From an uncultured virus (IMG/VR IMGVR_UViG_3300031885_002559) (lineage: Duplodnaviria; Heunggongvirae; Uroviricota; Caudoviricetes), in IMG/VR virus record IMGVR_UViG_3300031885_002559: DNA of 64,000 nucleotides; one strand, given 5' to 3'. Positions 48,434-58,257 of the stretch are shown one piece after another. The notes beneath the pieces were generated by a model. That model did not search any database, was not told where the DNA came from, and was given only the letters and a program-made list of their open reading frames with translations. Position 1 is the stretch's first letter, and every line of letters starts with the position of its first letter. The translations under genes and the position numbers were made by a program.

Positions 48434-48891
48434 CTTCGTGTTCTAAAAGAACGTGACCGCAGACCTTCAGAGCCTCAAGATGCAGTTCAACCTGCTGAAC
48501 CAGCAGGCCAACCTACTGGTGGGTGCCACCCAAATCGTTCAGGACTACCGAATGCTTTCCGCCAGTCTACTTAGGATGGCCGAAACCGCCGAAGCCAATG
48601 CAAGACGAACCTATGATCGTGCGGCGCAAGCTGCTGACACAGATGGTGGAACAGTTCCGCAACCGCCACGCCCGGATGCCGGAGAAGATCGTGCTGCACC
48701 CGCTGGCGCTACCGGTGCTGGCCCTGCGCCGTAGCGTGGCTGCCGTGTGGGCAGGTATCCCGGTTGAGATCAAAGAGATCGACACCAGCAGGCTCACCAA
48801 GGACGAGGACGCCCGCTACCTCGGCGTTGCACTCGACGCTGACGCGCAAAAGGCTCAGCTAGTCGCGTTCGACCTGAAGTAGTTAAGGTCG

Positions 48892-49149
48892 ATGAACCCA
48901 ATCATCAAACGCGTGCTGGGCGAGTCTGTGGAAAGCAAGGACTCGCCGCTACCTGTAATCGAGGATACCCGGCCTGCGCGGTTCTTCCGCTGCCCGCACT
49001 GCCAGCAAGAAATCCACGAGAAGCACGATTACGTAGACGAGTCCGGCCAGACCCGGCACCGGGAGTGCGGCGGGGCCTTCAAATGGCCGCCGTTCGACTG
49101 GAGCACGGTGAGCCCCGCGTGGCGCGCCTTACTACAGGGACGCCAGTGA
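48892..49149 (+). CDS. Small Zn-ribbon protein with MNPIIKRVLGES N-terminus
   Basis: CPHC...HREC; GTAGTTA upstream. Confidence 0.55.
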   Translation: MNPIIKRVLGESVESKDSPLPVIEDTRPARFFRCPHCQQEIHEKHDYVDESGQTRHRECGGAFKWPPFDWSTVSPAWRALLQGRQ

Positions 49150-49502
49150 ACGAGGCCCGCACAGTTGTCGCCCGCCTGCTCGAAGACGAAGACGGCTGGA
49201 TCGGCGTCGATCTTGACGGCACGCTGGCGCGCTACACAGGCTGGAAAGGCTCGACCCATATCGGCGCGCCGATACCGCGCATGGTTAAGCGTATACGCCG
49301 ATGGGTTGGCCACGGCAAGAAGGTCAAGATTTTCACAGCACGGGCTGACGACGAGAAATCCGTCAACGCGATCAAGAAGTGGCTGAAAGCCCACGAGCTG
49401 CCTGCGCTGGAGGTCACCAACCTCAAGGACGAGCACATGACCGAGCTGTGGGATGACCGGGCCGTATCGGTCGAGAAAAACACCGGACGGGCCAAGGACT
49501 AG
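49146..49502 (+). CDS. HAD-family phosphatase (PNKP-phosphatase-like)
   Basis: GVDLDGTLA, IFTAR, K...WDDR. Confidence 0.8.
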   Translation: MNEARTVVARLLEDEDGWIGVDLDGTLARYTGWKGSTHIGAPIPRMVKRIRRWVGHGKKVKIFTARADDEKSVNAIKKWLKAHELPALEVTNLKDEHMTELWDDRAVSVEKNTGRAKD

Positions 49503-49882
49503 CGGGGCAAGACGCGGCCCTGTACTGTCACCGCCACGCACACCCACCGTCCTTCCGTATACGATTCAATCCGACCGTTGTTATAGCGTACAAACCGTGG
49601 ATTCGCACCCTTGGCCTTACAGGCAGCCACGATCTCGTCGATAGCATTGACTTGGTCCAGTTGGTAGCTCGCGATGGACGTGGTGCCAAACTTGGGGCCA
49701 AGGCCGACGCGAGTTATCCACGAAAACGCCCGGCGAGTCAGGTTGTCGTCTCCCCAAATGTCAGCGCTTAGATTAACCGCACGGAGGTTTCTGGGCGGCG
49801 CAAGGGCATACGACTTCGGATCGAACTCGAAGTCGTCCTCGGCCTCCAGAAGTGCGTATACGATTTCAGTTGCGCGTGACAT
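49499..49882 (-). CDS. Hypothetical protein with IVYALLE N-terminal motif
   Basis: MSRATEIVYALLEAEDDFEFDPKSYA. Confidence 0.55.
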   Translation of the reverse strand: MSRATEIVYALLEAEDDFEFDPKSYALAPPRNLRAVNLSADIWGDDNLTRRAFSWITRVGLGPKFGTTSIASYQLDQVNAIDEIVAACKAKGANPRFVRYNNGRIESYTEGRWVCVAVTVQGRVLPR

Positions 49883-50249
49883 CGTCTTCAAGCATCCGCC
49901 GAACCAAACCTTCAGCAAAGGACTGAATGTCGTCCGCTCCAGACTTCGGCGCGTCAACAGTCATGTCCTTGGCGAGAACGCCCCGCTGCATCTGATCGAA
50001 GATTTGCTGAACGTGCGCAGGGATCGGGGCTCCAGCCGAACGACACGCGAGGTAGGCCCCTATGTAGGCGGTATAGACCATGTCTAGCCCACGGTCACTA
50101 AGCTCTGCTGCAAAGGGCTGGAGATACGCGCTGAAGGCGCGGCGCACCCTGTCGAAACTGGCGATGCCTTCGGCGGCGTGGCCATTCCAGATTTCAACAA
50201 GTTTGGCCAAGTGAACCGGGCCGAGCGCGTCTTGAAACGAGTCTGCCAT
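49866..50249 (-). CDS. Hypothetical protein
   Basis: Preceded by GTAATTA, a variant of the late motif. Confidence 0.5.
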   Translation of the reverse strand: MADSFQDALGPVHLAKLVEIWNGHAAEGIASFDRVRRAFSAYLQPFAAELSDRGLDMVYTAYIGAYLACRSAGAPIPAHVQQIFDQMQRGVLAKDMTVDAPKSGADDIQSFAEGLVRRMLEDDVTRN

Positions 50250-50256
50250 AACCTAA

Positions 50257-51681
50257 TTACACGGCAACGGGTTCAGCAGCCACCGGGGCCTCAGCCTCAA
50301 CCGCGTGCTTGCCCCACGTCAGGCCGTACTTGTCGGCGCACACCGGGCCGTAGCCCACGTCAGTTGAGCGGTCGTCGGTCAGCGAGCGCCCGCAGAAGCA
50401 GCAGCAGCCGGTCATCTTGCCGTACTTGGCGGCCACGTCCTCGGGGTTGGCGGCGAGCGCCAGAAGCTGAGCCTCAACCGTGCTCGGGCAAGCCGCGACC
50501 GGGAAGAACCGGCCCTGTGGGCTGATTTTACCGAAGTACTGGTCGCCGCCCTTGACGTAGATGAACCCGGCGTTCGTAGACTGCTTGCCCGCGAGCGACA
50601 GGGCGATGTGGTGACCGGCTTCGTCCGCGAGGCGGATGGCCGGGCGCTTGAGCGTGGCAGACGCTTTCTCGAACATCTCGAAGATGCGCGTGAGACCGCC
50701 CTTGTCGAGCTGGGTCGTCGGCTTCGACGCCGTGATGCGCGCCTGCTCGCGGCGGAAGGCTTCCATGATGTAGGCCGCAATGCCGGACAGCCGGGCTTCG
50801 ATGGCCTCGGCCCGCGCCACGGTAAGCAGGTTGTGCTCGAAGTCAGACATCGTCTTGACCGCGCCCGTGCTCGGACGGAACTGGTCGAGCACTGAGCGCT
50901 TCAGGTCGAAGTCGCTGGCGTCGTCGGCGATCACCGGGCTGTAGGTCGTGATCACCCACTCGCGAGCCTGCTCGGCGAGGGCCTTGTCTTCGTCGGTCAC
51001 CGTGAACTCGTGCGCCGAGTGAACCGTATTCCACGCGATGTCCGCCGTGGACGACCCACCGGTCTCGCGAGCGGCCTTGCGCGTGACGAACCGATGCGCC
51101 TTGCGCACTTCCGCCGCGACGTGACTCAGGAAGACCAGCAGGTCCACGCGGTAGGTCTCGCCCATGCGCCCGCCGCCGTTGCCGTAAAAGTGGCAGAGGT
51201 CGAACGCCGACATCACCAGCTCCGCGTAGTTCATCATCGCGTGCGGGTCGCCTTCGCCGAGGAAGTCCTTCATGCAGGAGCTGCCGACCTGCTTGGTATC
51301 GCCCTGCTCGTTGCGGACGATGTAGGTGTCCCGGCGCTGGCGGTTCTGCTTGCAGTGGTCGCAGCAAGGGCTGCCGTCGCGGTAGCTGCCGGGCACTTCG
51401 TAGCCGGGGATGGCGCGCACCACGTTGCCATCAGAGGTATGGCAGATGGTCGCGAGAAACGACCAGCCCGCGTACTTCGGGGTCTCGCCAACGAGTTCGA
51501 CATCGACCTTGCGAACCATGCGGCCCTGCGCGGCCAGCTTCTCGTCAGGGTGCGGGATGTCCTTTGTGGCACCAACAGTCAGCACCACAGGCGCGCAGTT
51601 GAGTTTCGCGGCGCGAGCGTTGATGCGGGCGATGCGCTTCTGAAGTTCAGTGAGGTTTTCGGCGTAGATGTTGTAGTTCAT
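50257..51681 (-). CDS. Early phage protein with C-terminal DUF6011-like Zn finger
   Basis: CDHC...VGSSC and CCFCGRSLTDDRSTDVGYGPVCA; TTGACT-type promoter upstream. Confidence 0.7.
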   Translation of the reverse strand: MNYNIYAENLTELQKRIARINARAAKLNCAPVVLTVGATKDIPHPDEKLAAQGRMVRKVDVELVGETPKYAGWSFLATICHTSDGNVVRAIPGYEVPGSYRDGSPCCDHCKQNRQRRDTYIVRNEQGDTKQVGSSCMKDFLGEGDPHAMMNYAELVMSAFDLCHFYGNGGGRMGETYRVDLLVFLSHVAAEVRKAHRFVTRKAARETGGSSTADIAWNTVHSAHEFTVTDEDKALAEQAREWVITTYSPVIADDASDFDLKRSVLDQFRPSTGAVKTMSDFEHNLLTVARAEAIEARLSGIAAYIMEAFRREQARITASKPTTQLDKGGLTRIFEMFEKASATLKRPAIRLADEAGHHIALSLAGKQSTNAGFIYVKGGDQYFGKISPQGRFFPVAACPSTVEAQLLALAANPEDVAAKYGKMTGCCCFCGRSLTDDRSTDVGYGPVCADKYGLTWGKHAVEAEAPVAAEPVAV

Positions 51682-51771
51682 GGCTCTACGGTCGCACCGC
51701 AGGCCCAAGAAGTCAACATCAAAGATCGATTTTTTATCGCACTAAATCGTCTTTATTATCAACGACTTACG

Positions 51772-52533
51772 CTAGTCAAGCATTGCCGGGGTGTGCAACT
51801 GCATCCCCTTCAGTTGCTGAAGCAGGAGTTTGAGTTCTTCGGAGGCAAGATTGCGCTTCTGCTGGTCAAGCTGGATGTCCTTCATCGGGCCGGGGATAGC
51901 GCCAGAGAACTTCATCCACAGTTCGCCTTGCAAGTACTTCGCTCTGGCCAGTGAGTACTGCTTAACCCAGTCGGACCCAGTCGCAGTCAGCCGTTCCGTA
52001 CGGTCGTGCGGCCAGTAGCAGAAAATACCCGCTTGGTAGCGCTCAATGGGGTTGTGGATGTAGAGCGCCTGCTCCATGTCGTCGTAGAACCAGTCGGGCC
52101 TGACCGAAGTCACGCGCTGCCACGTTTTCCGCCAGCGCAAGAAGGTGTCGTACTCGTCCAATCCGAGCCGGAAAAGTGGTGCCGGGTTAATCAGGTTTCC
52201 GTAGAAAATCTCAGTCGGTACCGGGTTCGGCTCGACGAAGTCTACGCGGGCAACACCAAGGCCCATGTCTTGCCCTTGCAGATATTTGAACTGGCCACGG
52301 ACCATGAGCACGTTGCCGACCTTGATGTTCGGCACCCACTGCGAGTACAGGGAAAGTGCGTCCTGTATACAGTCGATGATCTGCTGGTTGGTAAGCTCGA
52401 CGTTCCAGACCGGTGCACCGAGTTGACGAATGACGTAGTTCTTCAACTGGTCCATCGTGTACCCTCGAAGTGGCAGGGTGTCGATGGAGTCGGCGCTGGT
52501 TCTCAGAGGCTCGCTCGCGTTGCTCGTCGGCAT
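51772..52533 (-). CDS. Neck protein (gp13-like head completion)
   Basis: LKNYVIRQLGAPVWNVELTNQQIIDCIQDAL, WVKQYSLARAKY..G....KF. Confidence 0.8.
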   Translation of the reverse strand: MPTSNASEPLRTSADSIDTLPLRGYTMDQLKNYVIRQLGAPVWNVELTNQQIIDCIQDALSLYSQWVPNIKVGNVLMVRGQFKYLQGQDMGLGVARVDFVEPNPVPTEIFYGNLINPAPLFRLGLDEYDTFLRWRKTWQRVTSVRPDWFYDDMEQALYIHNPIERYQAGIFCYWPHDRTERLTATGSDWVKQYSLARAKYLQGELWMKFSGAIPGPMKDIQLDQQKRNLASEELKLLLQQLKGMQLHTPAMLD

Positions 52534-52555
52534 ACGTCCTAACTACGACACAGAT

Positions 52556-53530
52556 TCAAGCCGGATACGCCTGCATCAACTGGGCGTGCATCTGCGGGAA
52601 ACGCCGCTTGATGTGCTGCTCCAGAGCTTCCCGGCTGGGGAAAGTCCTGCCATCGGCGGCACAAATGAACTTCCTCGACGGAGCAACAGGCGCAGGCTTG
52701 GGTGCAGGAAGAGCTGGAGTGGCAGGTTCGTCTTCGAGAACCGGAGCTGTCGGAATATCAGGCTCTGGCGCTGGCGCAGGCACAACCGTAGGCACGACCG
52801 TATTCATAAAGCCGGTCTCGCTGTCGAGCTGCTCGTTGATCGCCTGACCGGCGCGCAGGGCCTTCTGAAGCTCCGTACGTTCGCTCGCCGTCTTCTGCGT
52901 CCGTGAATCATCCGAAAGCTGTTCAGCGCCTTCAGGCAATGCCAAAGCAGGCTGGTGTGGAATGCGCGCCTGAAACCCCGGCTGCCCCGGCGTTCTGCCC
53001 GCTGTTGGAGAGTCAACAGCGTACTTGATCGTTGGCAACTGGCCGGAAGACGGGGGCGCGCCAGCCGTATCGGGCACCCCGTAGTCCTCGGGCACCACTC
53101 TGGTCGGCTTGATCAACCCGGCTTTGCGCGCATCCGCGATGTTCGGATAGCCACGAACCGAAGGCGCGTTGATGGCGTTCGGCCCAACCTTAGCCACGCT
53201 CGATAGCACTGGCTGGCGCACGCCCTTCTTGTCCACAGTCCACTCATGGCCTCCATGCACCGACTGACCATCAGGCGCAAACTCCACGTTCGCCTTGATA
53301 TGCGGAATCGCGATGATCGGCAAGGGGCTGTCGCCGGTCTCTTTGGACAACTGCTTGTAGCCCTCGAAAAACGGGTCGTTGATCTTGCGCCCCAGCTTGT
53401 CGAGGACAAACTCACCGGGCTTGAGATGCAGCGTGATGTTGAGACTGGATATAACCAGTTGGATGGGCCAGCGGGCACCGTTGAAATAGCCCACAATGTT
53501 CGTGGTCGCCACAGCCTTCGTATCGCTCAT
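52556..53530 (-). CDS. Hypothetical Pro-rich protein with degenerate C2H2-like C-terminus
   Basis: FICAADGRTFPSREALEQHIKRRF. Confidence 0.55.
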   Translation of the reverse strand: MSDTKAVATTNIVGYFNGARWPIQLVISSLNITLHLKPGEFVLDKLGRKINDPFFEGYKQLSKETGDSPLPIIAIPHIKANVEFAPDGQSVHGGHEWTVDKKGVRQPVLSSVAKVGPNAINAPSVRGYPNIADARKAGLIKPTRVVPEDYGVPDTAGAPPSSGQLPTIKYAVDSPTAGRTPGQPGFQARIPHQPALALPEGAEQLSDDSRTQKTASERTELQKALRAGQAINEQLDSETGFMNTVVPTVVPAPAPEPDIPTAPVLEDEPATPALPAPKPAPVAPSRKFICAADGRTFPSREALEQHIKRRFPQMHAQLMQAYPA

Positions 53531-53565
53531 ACCCCTAAGAACGGGAAACTGCGGACAGCGAAAAC

Positions 53566-53589
53566 AAAAAACCGGGCTGAGCGCCCGGT
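53566..53589 (-). terminator. Intrinsic terminator
   Basis: Minus strand ACCGGGC-GCTCA-GCCCGGT-TTTTT. Confidence 0.65.
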
Positions 53590-53608
53590 CTGCTACCGCC
53601 TGTTGGGG

Positions 53609-54175
53609 TCAGGCCCAGCGCCGCCGCAACCAGTGGCTATTCTCCTGTGTCGCTGAGCCTGCGATGACGTACGGCGCGTTTGCCCGCTTGAGAACCACGC
53701 CCTCGTAGTTCGGAAGGTTGTCCCTCAGCCGCGCCAGCCACGCCTTGGTGGGCCGCTCAAAGCGCCACGGCGCGCCCGTCAAGCGCGCCATCTGCATGGC
53801 CATGATAACGCGCTCAGCCGTGGTGGCATTCAGGAAGGGTTTGCCCCACAAGGCCAGAAGCTCAAACGGGCAAAACAAGCCGTCAAACACGCCTCCATCA
53901 AGCACCGTACGGTCTGGCAGTTTTCTGAAAGCGTCGCGGTTGTTGACGGGCTTGGTGTACCAGCCGCCGTGGCGGTTCTGCACGTGTACGGTTTTGTCTA
54001 TAACCGCCAGACACGCCCTGTGCTCGTTGAGCTTGGGCTGCACGATCCACGTGGACTCATCTCGGGCCATCTGGGCGATCTCCGCCACGTCGTCAGCGCG
54101 CACTACGCGCCCGGTTGCTGGGCGCATGGGGTAGAAGGGCATCGTGATTCCGCGTACGACCTGTATCTGCGTCAT
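53609..54175 (-). CDS. Minimal ATP-dependent ligase-like nucleotidyltransferase domain
   Basis: QPKLNEHR (motif I variant), NRHG, VLDG, FELL, YEGVVLK, W.R.R. Confidence 0.65.
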   Translation of the reverse strand: MTQIQVVRGITMPFYPMRPATGRVVRADDVAEIAQMARDESTWIVQPKLNEHRACLAVIDKTVHVQNRHGGWYTKPVNNRDAFRKLPDRTVLDGGVFDGLFCPFELLALWGKPFLNATTAERVIMAMQMARLTGAPWRFERPTKAWLARLRDNLPNYEGVVLKRANAPYVIAGSATQENSHWLRRRWA

Positions 54176-54501
54176 GAAAGACGTATACGCCTGTGTGGCC
54201 TGCACGTCAACACAAAAGCTCGATTACGGAACGTCGAGGTCGAAGTCGCTTTTGGAAACGAAGACAGGGTCGCCCACATCCGCGCTGAGTAGGCGGAGGC
54301 TGCCCGCGTCCATGTAAATGAAGTCTGGGCGTGTATCTGAGCTGGTCGGGATGTTCACGAGCTGCCGTACAATCTGGGTGCTATGCTGTTCTGAGCGCAC
54401 GACGTAGTACTCTCCAGTCGTCGCTCCAAGAAGCTTCCGGCAGATGTCGTTGGCGACGAGGCCGCTTTGAGGCGTGCGGGCGATGAGCCCGGCAAACAGC
54501 T

Positions 54502-54963
54502 TTACAGGGGAGCCCGGTAGAACGCGTGGGCCTTGACCACCGCCACGGGCTTTCTTCCGCGTGCCCATTCAGGCTTCTCCTCCTTGCGCGTGAAGTAGTT
54601 CGCCCCGTGCGTGATCCCCGGCAGCTTCTCGGGCTCGTCGCAGACTATCCGTGCGATGACGAGCGCCTGCTGAAAAACCGGCTCCTTCCAGTACTTCTTG
54701 ACCAAGTTCTCCGGCCCCCTGCCGTTCAAGCACGAGAAAGCGTACTTGCCGCTCTTGGCGCGCTTGGTCACCACCTGCAACGGGGTCAGGCTCTTGTCCG
54801 CAGCCCGCTGATGGATTACCTCGCCCACCGCGAGCATTCCGCGCTCGCCTTCGCCCCACGCTTCGCCCATCAAAACGGCAGCCACAACGCGATGTTGATA
54901 GGTGTCCGCAGCCACGGCAGCATAGCTGACCGATAGCGCCAAGATCAGGACAAAAGTCTTCAT
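54502..54963 (-). CDS. Cell wall hydrolase (SleB/Hydrolase_2) with signal peptide
   Basis: GEAWGEGERGMLAVGEVI.QR, FSC.N, ITHGANYF, PEWA, HAFY. Confidence 0.88.
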   Translation of the reverse strand: MKTFVLILALSVSYAAVAADTYQHRVVAAVLMGEAWGEGERGMLAVGEVIHQRAADKSLTPLQVVTKRAKSGKYAFSCLNGRGPENLVKKYWKEPVFQQALVIARIVCDEPEKLPGITHGANYFTRKEEKPEWARGRKPVAVVKAHAFYRAPL

Positions 54964-55251
54964 TGCTTGAGTGCGGCGAAAGCCCGGAGCCGCTCAGGCT
55001 GTACTCCGGGCGCTTGTCTTCTAGCAGCCTCAGCCTGCCTGATCTTCTGAAAGTGCGCAACGACTTTCTGCGATTTAATGTTGACAACATCGAGACCGTC
55101 TCCGTGACGCCGAGTCTCACAGGCACGCTGCCGCGCCAACCGCTTGATCTCCGTATACGTGTAAGTCTTTGAGCGACGCCACACTCTGGAGAACTGCCTG
55201 CCCGCAAAACGAAAATGTTCAAGGTCATCGGTCATGCAACGTAGAACCGAG

Positions 55252-55740
55252 TCACGTCGAGCCGAAGGTGAACGTGATCTTGCGCTTTCTGAAGTCGATC
55301 TCGACATCCAGCAAAACCAGACGCCCATTGCCATGCGTGGAGCTGATGTCCATTTCGATCACGGCTTCCCAAGGCTGCTGCTGCGCGTAGTAATGCGCCA
55401 TCCGCTTAGGGTCAGCAGTTTCCGGGTCGCCTTCAGGCCGGGGCTCAGTCGTGGAGGGATAGACGACAGTTTCAGTCCAGCTCAAAGGCTTGTCTATGGT
55501 TTGCGAGCCGTCGTAGCCCTCCATGTCCAGCGTCGCTTTGAGGTGTTGTACGCTGACCGTTATCTCCTTGATGCCGTAGTCGCGGACATCAAAGTGTGCA
55601 CTCCAATTTACCACGCCGTATACGTCCTCAGCGTCGCCGTCAGGATGGTAAACATTCGTGGCATTTCGACTGATGGGCGTCACGAAGCTCATGTCCGACT
55701 CCAGCAGCCGGGCAACCACCGCGATGGCGTTCACGTTCAC
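55252..55740 (-). CDS. Hypothetical protein with VVARLLES N-terminal motif
   Basis: GTAGTTA upstream. Confidence 0.55.
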   Translation of the reverse strand: MNVNAIAVVARLLESDMSFVTPISRNATNVYHPDGDAEDVYGVVNWSAHFDVRDYGIKEITVSVQHLKATLDMEGYDGSQTIDKPLSWTETVVYPSTTEPRPEGDPETADPKRMAHYYAQQQPWEAVIEMDISSTHGNGRLVLLDVEIDFRKRKITFTFGST

Positions 55741-55747
55741 AGCCTAA

Positions 55748-56080
55748 CTACCACTTCTGGATAGCCGCCTTTCTCATCACTTTTCCCTCCAAAGCGAGGT
55801 GGTGCTCCCGACAAAACCAGCGGACCTCCAGAGGTTTCGTATAATCTTCGTGGTGCGGCTGCGTTTCCATCGACGCGCAAACCTCACAGGGTCCACGTTT
55901 CAAGACACCCCGTGCTATGTAAACGTTCGCGTATCTCCGGGCATTCAGCTTCAGCTTCGCCAAGGGAGAAAGTGCTGCGTACCTGTAGCGCCTACAATAA
56001 ACAGCGTGGCACTTCCAGCAGGAGCCCTGTCCGGGGCGTGCGGGCTGGCCGCACTTACAAGTTGTTCCACGTGAGAACAC
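55748..56080 (-). CDS. Small HNH-like Zn-binding protein
   Basis: CEVC...HHEDYTKPLEVRWFCREHH. Confidence 0.6.
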   Translation of the reverse strand: MFSRGTTCKCGQPARPGQGSCWKCHAVYCRRYRYAALSPLAKLKLNARRYANVYIARGVLKRGPCEVCASMETQPHHEDYTKPLEVRWFCREHHLALEGKVMRKAAIQKW

Positions 56081-56098
56081 CGGATGTTGTATACCTCA

Positions 56099-56202
56099 GC
56101 GCCCACACCACAAGCTACAGATTCAATGGCGACGGCTGCTACACCCTTGCCGAAGGGATTCGGAGGGTTCTGCCAGCCTCCCAAGTCTGTCAGGTGAGGC
56201 GC
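56099..56202 (-). ncRNA. Candidate rod-like structured RNA
   Basis: Nested stems GCGCC/GGCGC, ACAGA/TCTGT, GGCTG/CAGCC, ACCCT/AGGGT, CCGAA/TTCGG in an intergenic gap; strand uncertain. Confidence 0.4.
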
Positions 56203-56467
56203 ATCTCAGGCCCGTGCAGCCATAGGGTTGCGCGGGTCAAGAGCCGCCTTCACGGCTTCCAGACCAGAGACTCGCGGCTGGGCCTGTACCTTGCGCTGAG
56301 CTGGGGCCTCTTCAAGCTCCGGGGCGGGCTCAAACGTATCACCCGCGAGGTTCCAGTTCGGAACGCACAGTTGGCACATGCACCGCTGATTGTGTGTCTC
56401 AGCATCCACACCGCAACGTAAGCACAAAACGTAGACGTAGACAAGAACTATTTCGTCTACGTCTACG

Positions 56468-57028
56468 CTATGCTCGCCGCAGCATGAACGGCTCCCAGTC
56501 CGGGTGCTTCGGGGTAATCGTCAAGGCGACGATGACCTCCTTTGGCACAACGGGCTTGATGCGGAGCTTGAGACCGGCCTCTTCCGGCGTCCGGTTGGCC
56601 TTCCGGTGGTTGATGTCCTTCCGGCTCCAGACAAGGTTGGTCCACGTGTTTCCGCCACCCCGGCTGCGAGGCATGACGTGGTCGAGCGTGCCGTCCGGGG
56701 CGTACTCACCCGTATACGCGCAGTGGTACTTGTCGCGCTTGGCAACACCCCGGCGGTCCAGCTTCGGGCGCGTCTTGGGCATCCCCTCGTAGGCCGTGAC
56801 TACGACCGTAGGAACACGGACCTGACGGTTGGTCGTGCGGATGCACACGTCAGTCTCGCGGATCGGCAAGGCAATCCACGTCTCCCACGTACACGCCAGC
56901 ATGGTCGTCGTGTCGATGGCGCGCTTCTGGCCCCGGCAGATGTCGCACAAAGCCGTGCCAACGTCGGTTTCAGCAATCGCCTGCCAGCCAGCGTTCAGCA
57001 CGAGCACTTTTCGTGTGAGCAGTTCCAT
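56468..57028 (-). CDS. HNH endonuclease (McrA-like)
   Basis: VLVLNAGW, RDKYHCAYTG, TLDHVMPRSRGG..TWTNLV, N..KANRTPEEAG. Confidence 0.88.
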   Translation of the reverse strand: MELLTRKVLVLNAGWQAIAETDVGTALCDICRGQKRAIDTTTMLACTWETWIALPIRETDVCIRTTNRQVRVPTVVVTAYEGMPKTRPKLDRRGVAKRDKYHCAYTGEYAPDGTLDHVMPRSRGGGNTWTNLVWSRKDINHRKANRTPEEAGLKLRIKPVVPKEVIVALTITPKHPDWEPFMLRRA

Positions 57029-57262
57029 AAATCTTGGGCGGTGTTTGTTCTTTGTTAAGCGTGCGCGAACGCGAGTACGACATCAAGCAGGAGATTTTCA
57101 GGCTAATATCGCCTGCTGCCGGGCGCGCACGGATGCGAAACCGGTGGGAATACGTCTGCTGGCTCCACGACAAGGGCCTCGACTTCGCGCACATTGGTCG
57201 TCTGATCGACCGGCACGAGACCACGGCCAAGCGCCTATGGAAGCGCGGCACGAAGGAGAGGA

Positions 57263-57337
57263 TGGTCCCGGCGGTCGGGGTTGCACCGACACTCGACGGG
57301 TCAAAGCCGTCACGTGCTACTGTTACACCACGCCGGA
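57263..57337 (-). tRNA. tRNA-Gln(TTG)
   Basis: Cloverleaf, anticodon arm GACGG-CTTTGAC-CCGTC, encoded CCA, atypical T-loop TGCAA. Confidence 0.85.
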
Positions 57338-57340
57338 AAA

Positions 57341-57416
57341 TGGTACCGCCAGCCGGGGACGATCCGGCAACCCTCCGGTTAAAAGCCGGATGCTCTGCCT
57401 GTTGAGCTATGGCGGT
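57341..57416 (-). tRNA. tRNA-Lys(TTT)
   Basis: TAGCTCAA..GGCAGAGC D-arm, TCCGG-CTTTTAA-CCGGA, CCA. Confidence 0.88.
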
Positions 57417-57422
57417 ATACGG

Positions 57423-57506
57423 TGGTCGTCGCGGGGAGACTTGCACTCCCAAGGCTCTCAGGCTCTCGACCTGAACCCTCTGCTATTCGGGCTTAACCAC
57501 GCGACG
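57423..57506 (-). tRNA. tRNA-Leu(GAG), non-canonical fold
   Basis: 7-bp acceptor, TCAGG-TCGAGAG-CCTGA, T-arm, ACCA end. Confidence 0.7.
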
Positions 57507-57525
57507 GAAAGCTGTTCTACGGACT

Positions 57526-58026
57526 GTGCCCGTACACCAAAGAAGGCCAGACCTCATCAACGAGGCAAACATCGCTGAAAGCAGCAGGGTCTACTGGAAA
57601 CATCACGGTATTCTGCTAGTACCCATCAAGGCTGACGAAATGGCCGAGACAGACATCGTGTGGCTTTCAGGCCAGTACGCGGGCCTTGTAAACGAGTGTA
57701 AGTGCCGTTTCCGTGTTAAAGTCACCGACTACGATTTGCTGATCGACAAAAAGAAGATCAACGCAGGCATCAAAGAGGCAGAACGCCTTAACGTCAGATT
57801 CTTGTTAACAATCTGGTGGGGAGCCCAAAACGGTATTGGCGACGACGTAGCGTGGGCACGCTGGATCGACCGAGACGAGGCGAGTAAGTTCAAGGTGGTC
57901 CTGTGGGGACGAAACGATGAACGCGACGACAACGACATAGACCCCTCGTACAGCATACCTACTCACACTTTCACCATAGCGATTCCAATGCTCTACGAGA
58001 GGCTGCGATCACCCGCATCTACGTGA
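57526..58026 (+). CDS. PD-(D/E)XK nuclease-like protein
   Basis: ETDIV...VNECKCR pattern. Confidence 0.55.
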   Translation: MPVHQRRPDLINEANIAESSRVYWKHHGILLVPIKADEMAETDIVWLSGQYAGLVNECKCRFRVKVTDYDLLIDKKKINAGIKEAERLNVRFLLTIWWGAQNGIGDDVAWARWIDRDEASKFKVVLWGRNDERDDNDIDPSYSIPTHTFTIAIPMLYERLRSPAST

Positions 58027-58117
58027 CCGCACGCCGCTTAGCACGCGACGAAAAAGAAAATGGTGCCCGCCGCTTAGCACGCGACGGGCACCGGTATCAA
58101 ACGGAGCTTTTTAGCTT

Positions 58118-58257
58118 TGAAATCGAACAAGCACGAAACTTTGAGCTTGATCCTGATGCTCTACCGCTGAGCTACCCGCTCAAAACCAAAACCGTGAAAG
58201 TGGCGAGCGGGATGGGATTTGAACCCACGACCTCAGTTTAAGTTGTTTCGTCTCGCA
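58118..58257 (-). ncRNA. YrlA-like Y RNA (circularly permuted tRNA mimic)
   Basis: T-arm and 3' acceptor (GTGGGTTCAAATCCCATCCCGCTCGCCA) come before the 5' acceptor and D-arm (GAGCGGGTAGCTCAGCGGTAGAGC); closing stem ACGAAAC/GTTTCGT. Confidence 0.75.

Noticed and set aside
58152..58236. Ordinary tRNA or two-piece tmRNA
   Set aside because: The halves are in permuted order with no anticodon loop or tag frame, and a normal one-piece tmRNA is present elsewhere. It fits a YrlA-like RNA better.
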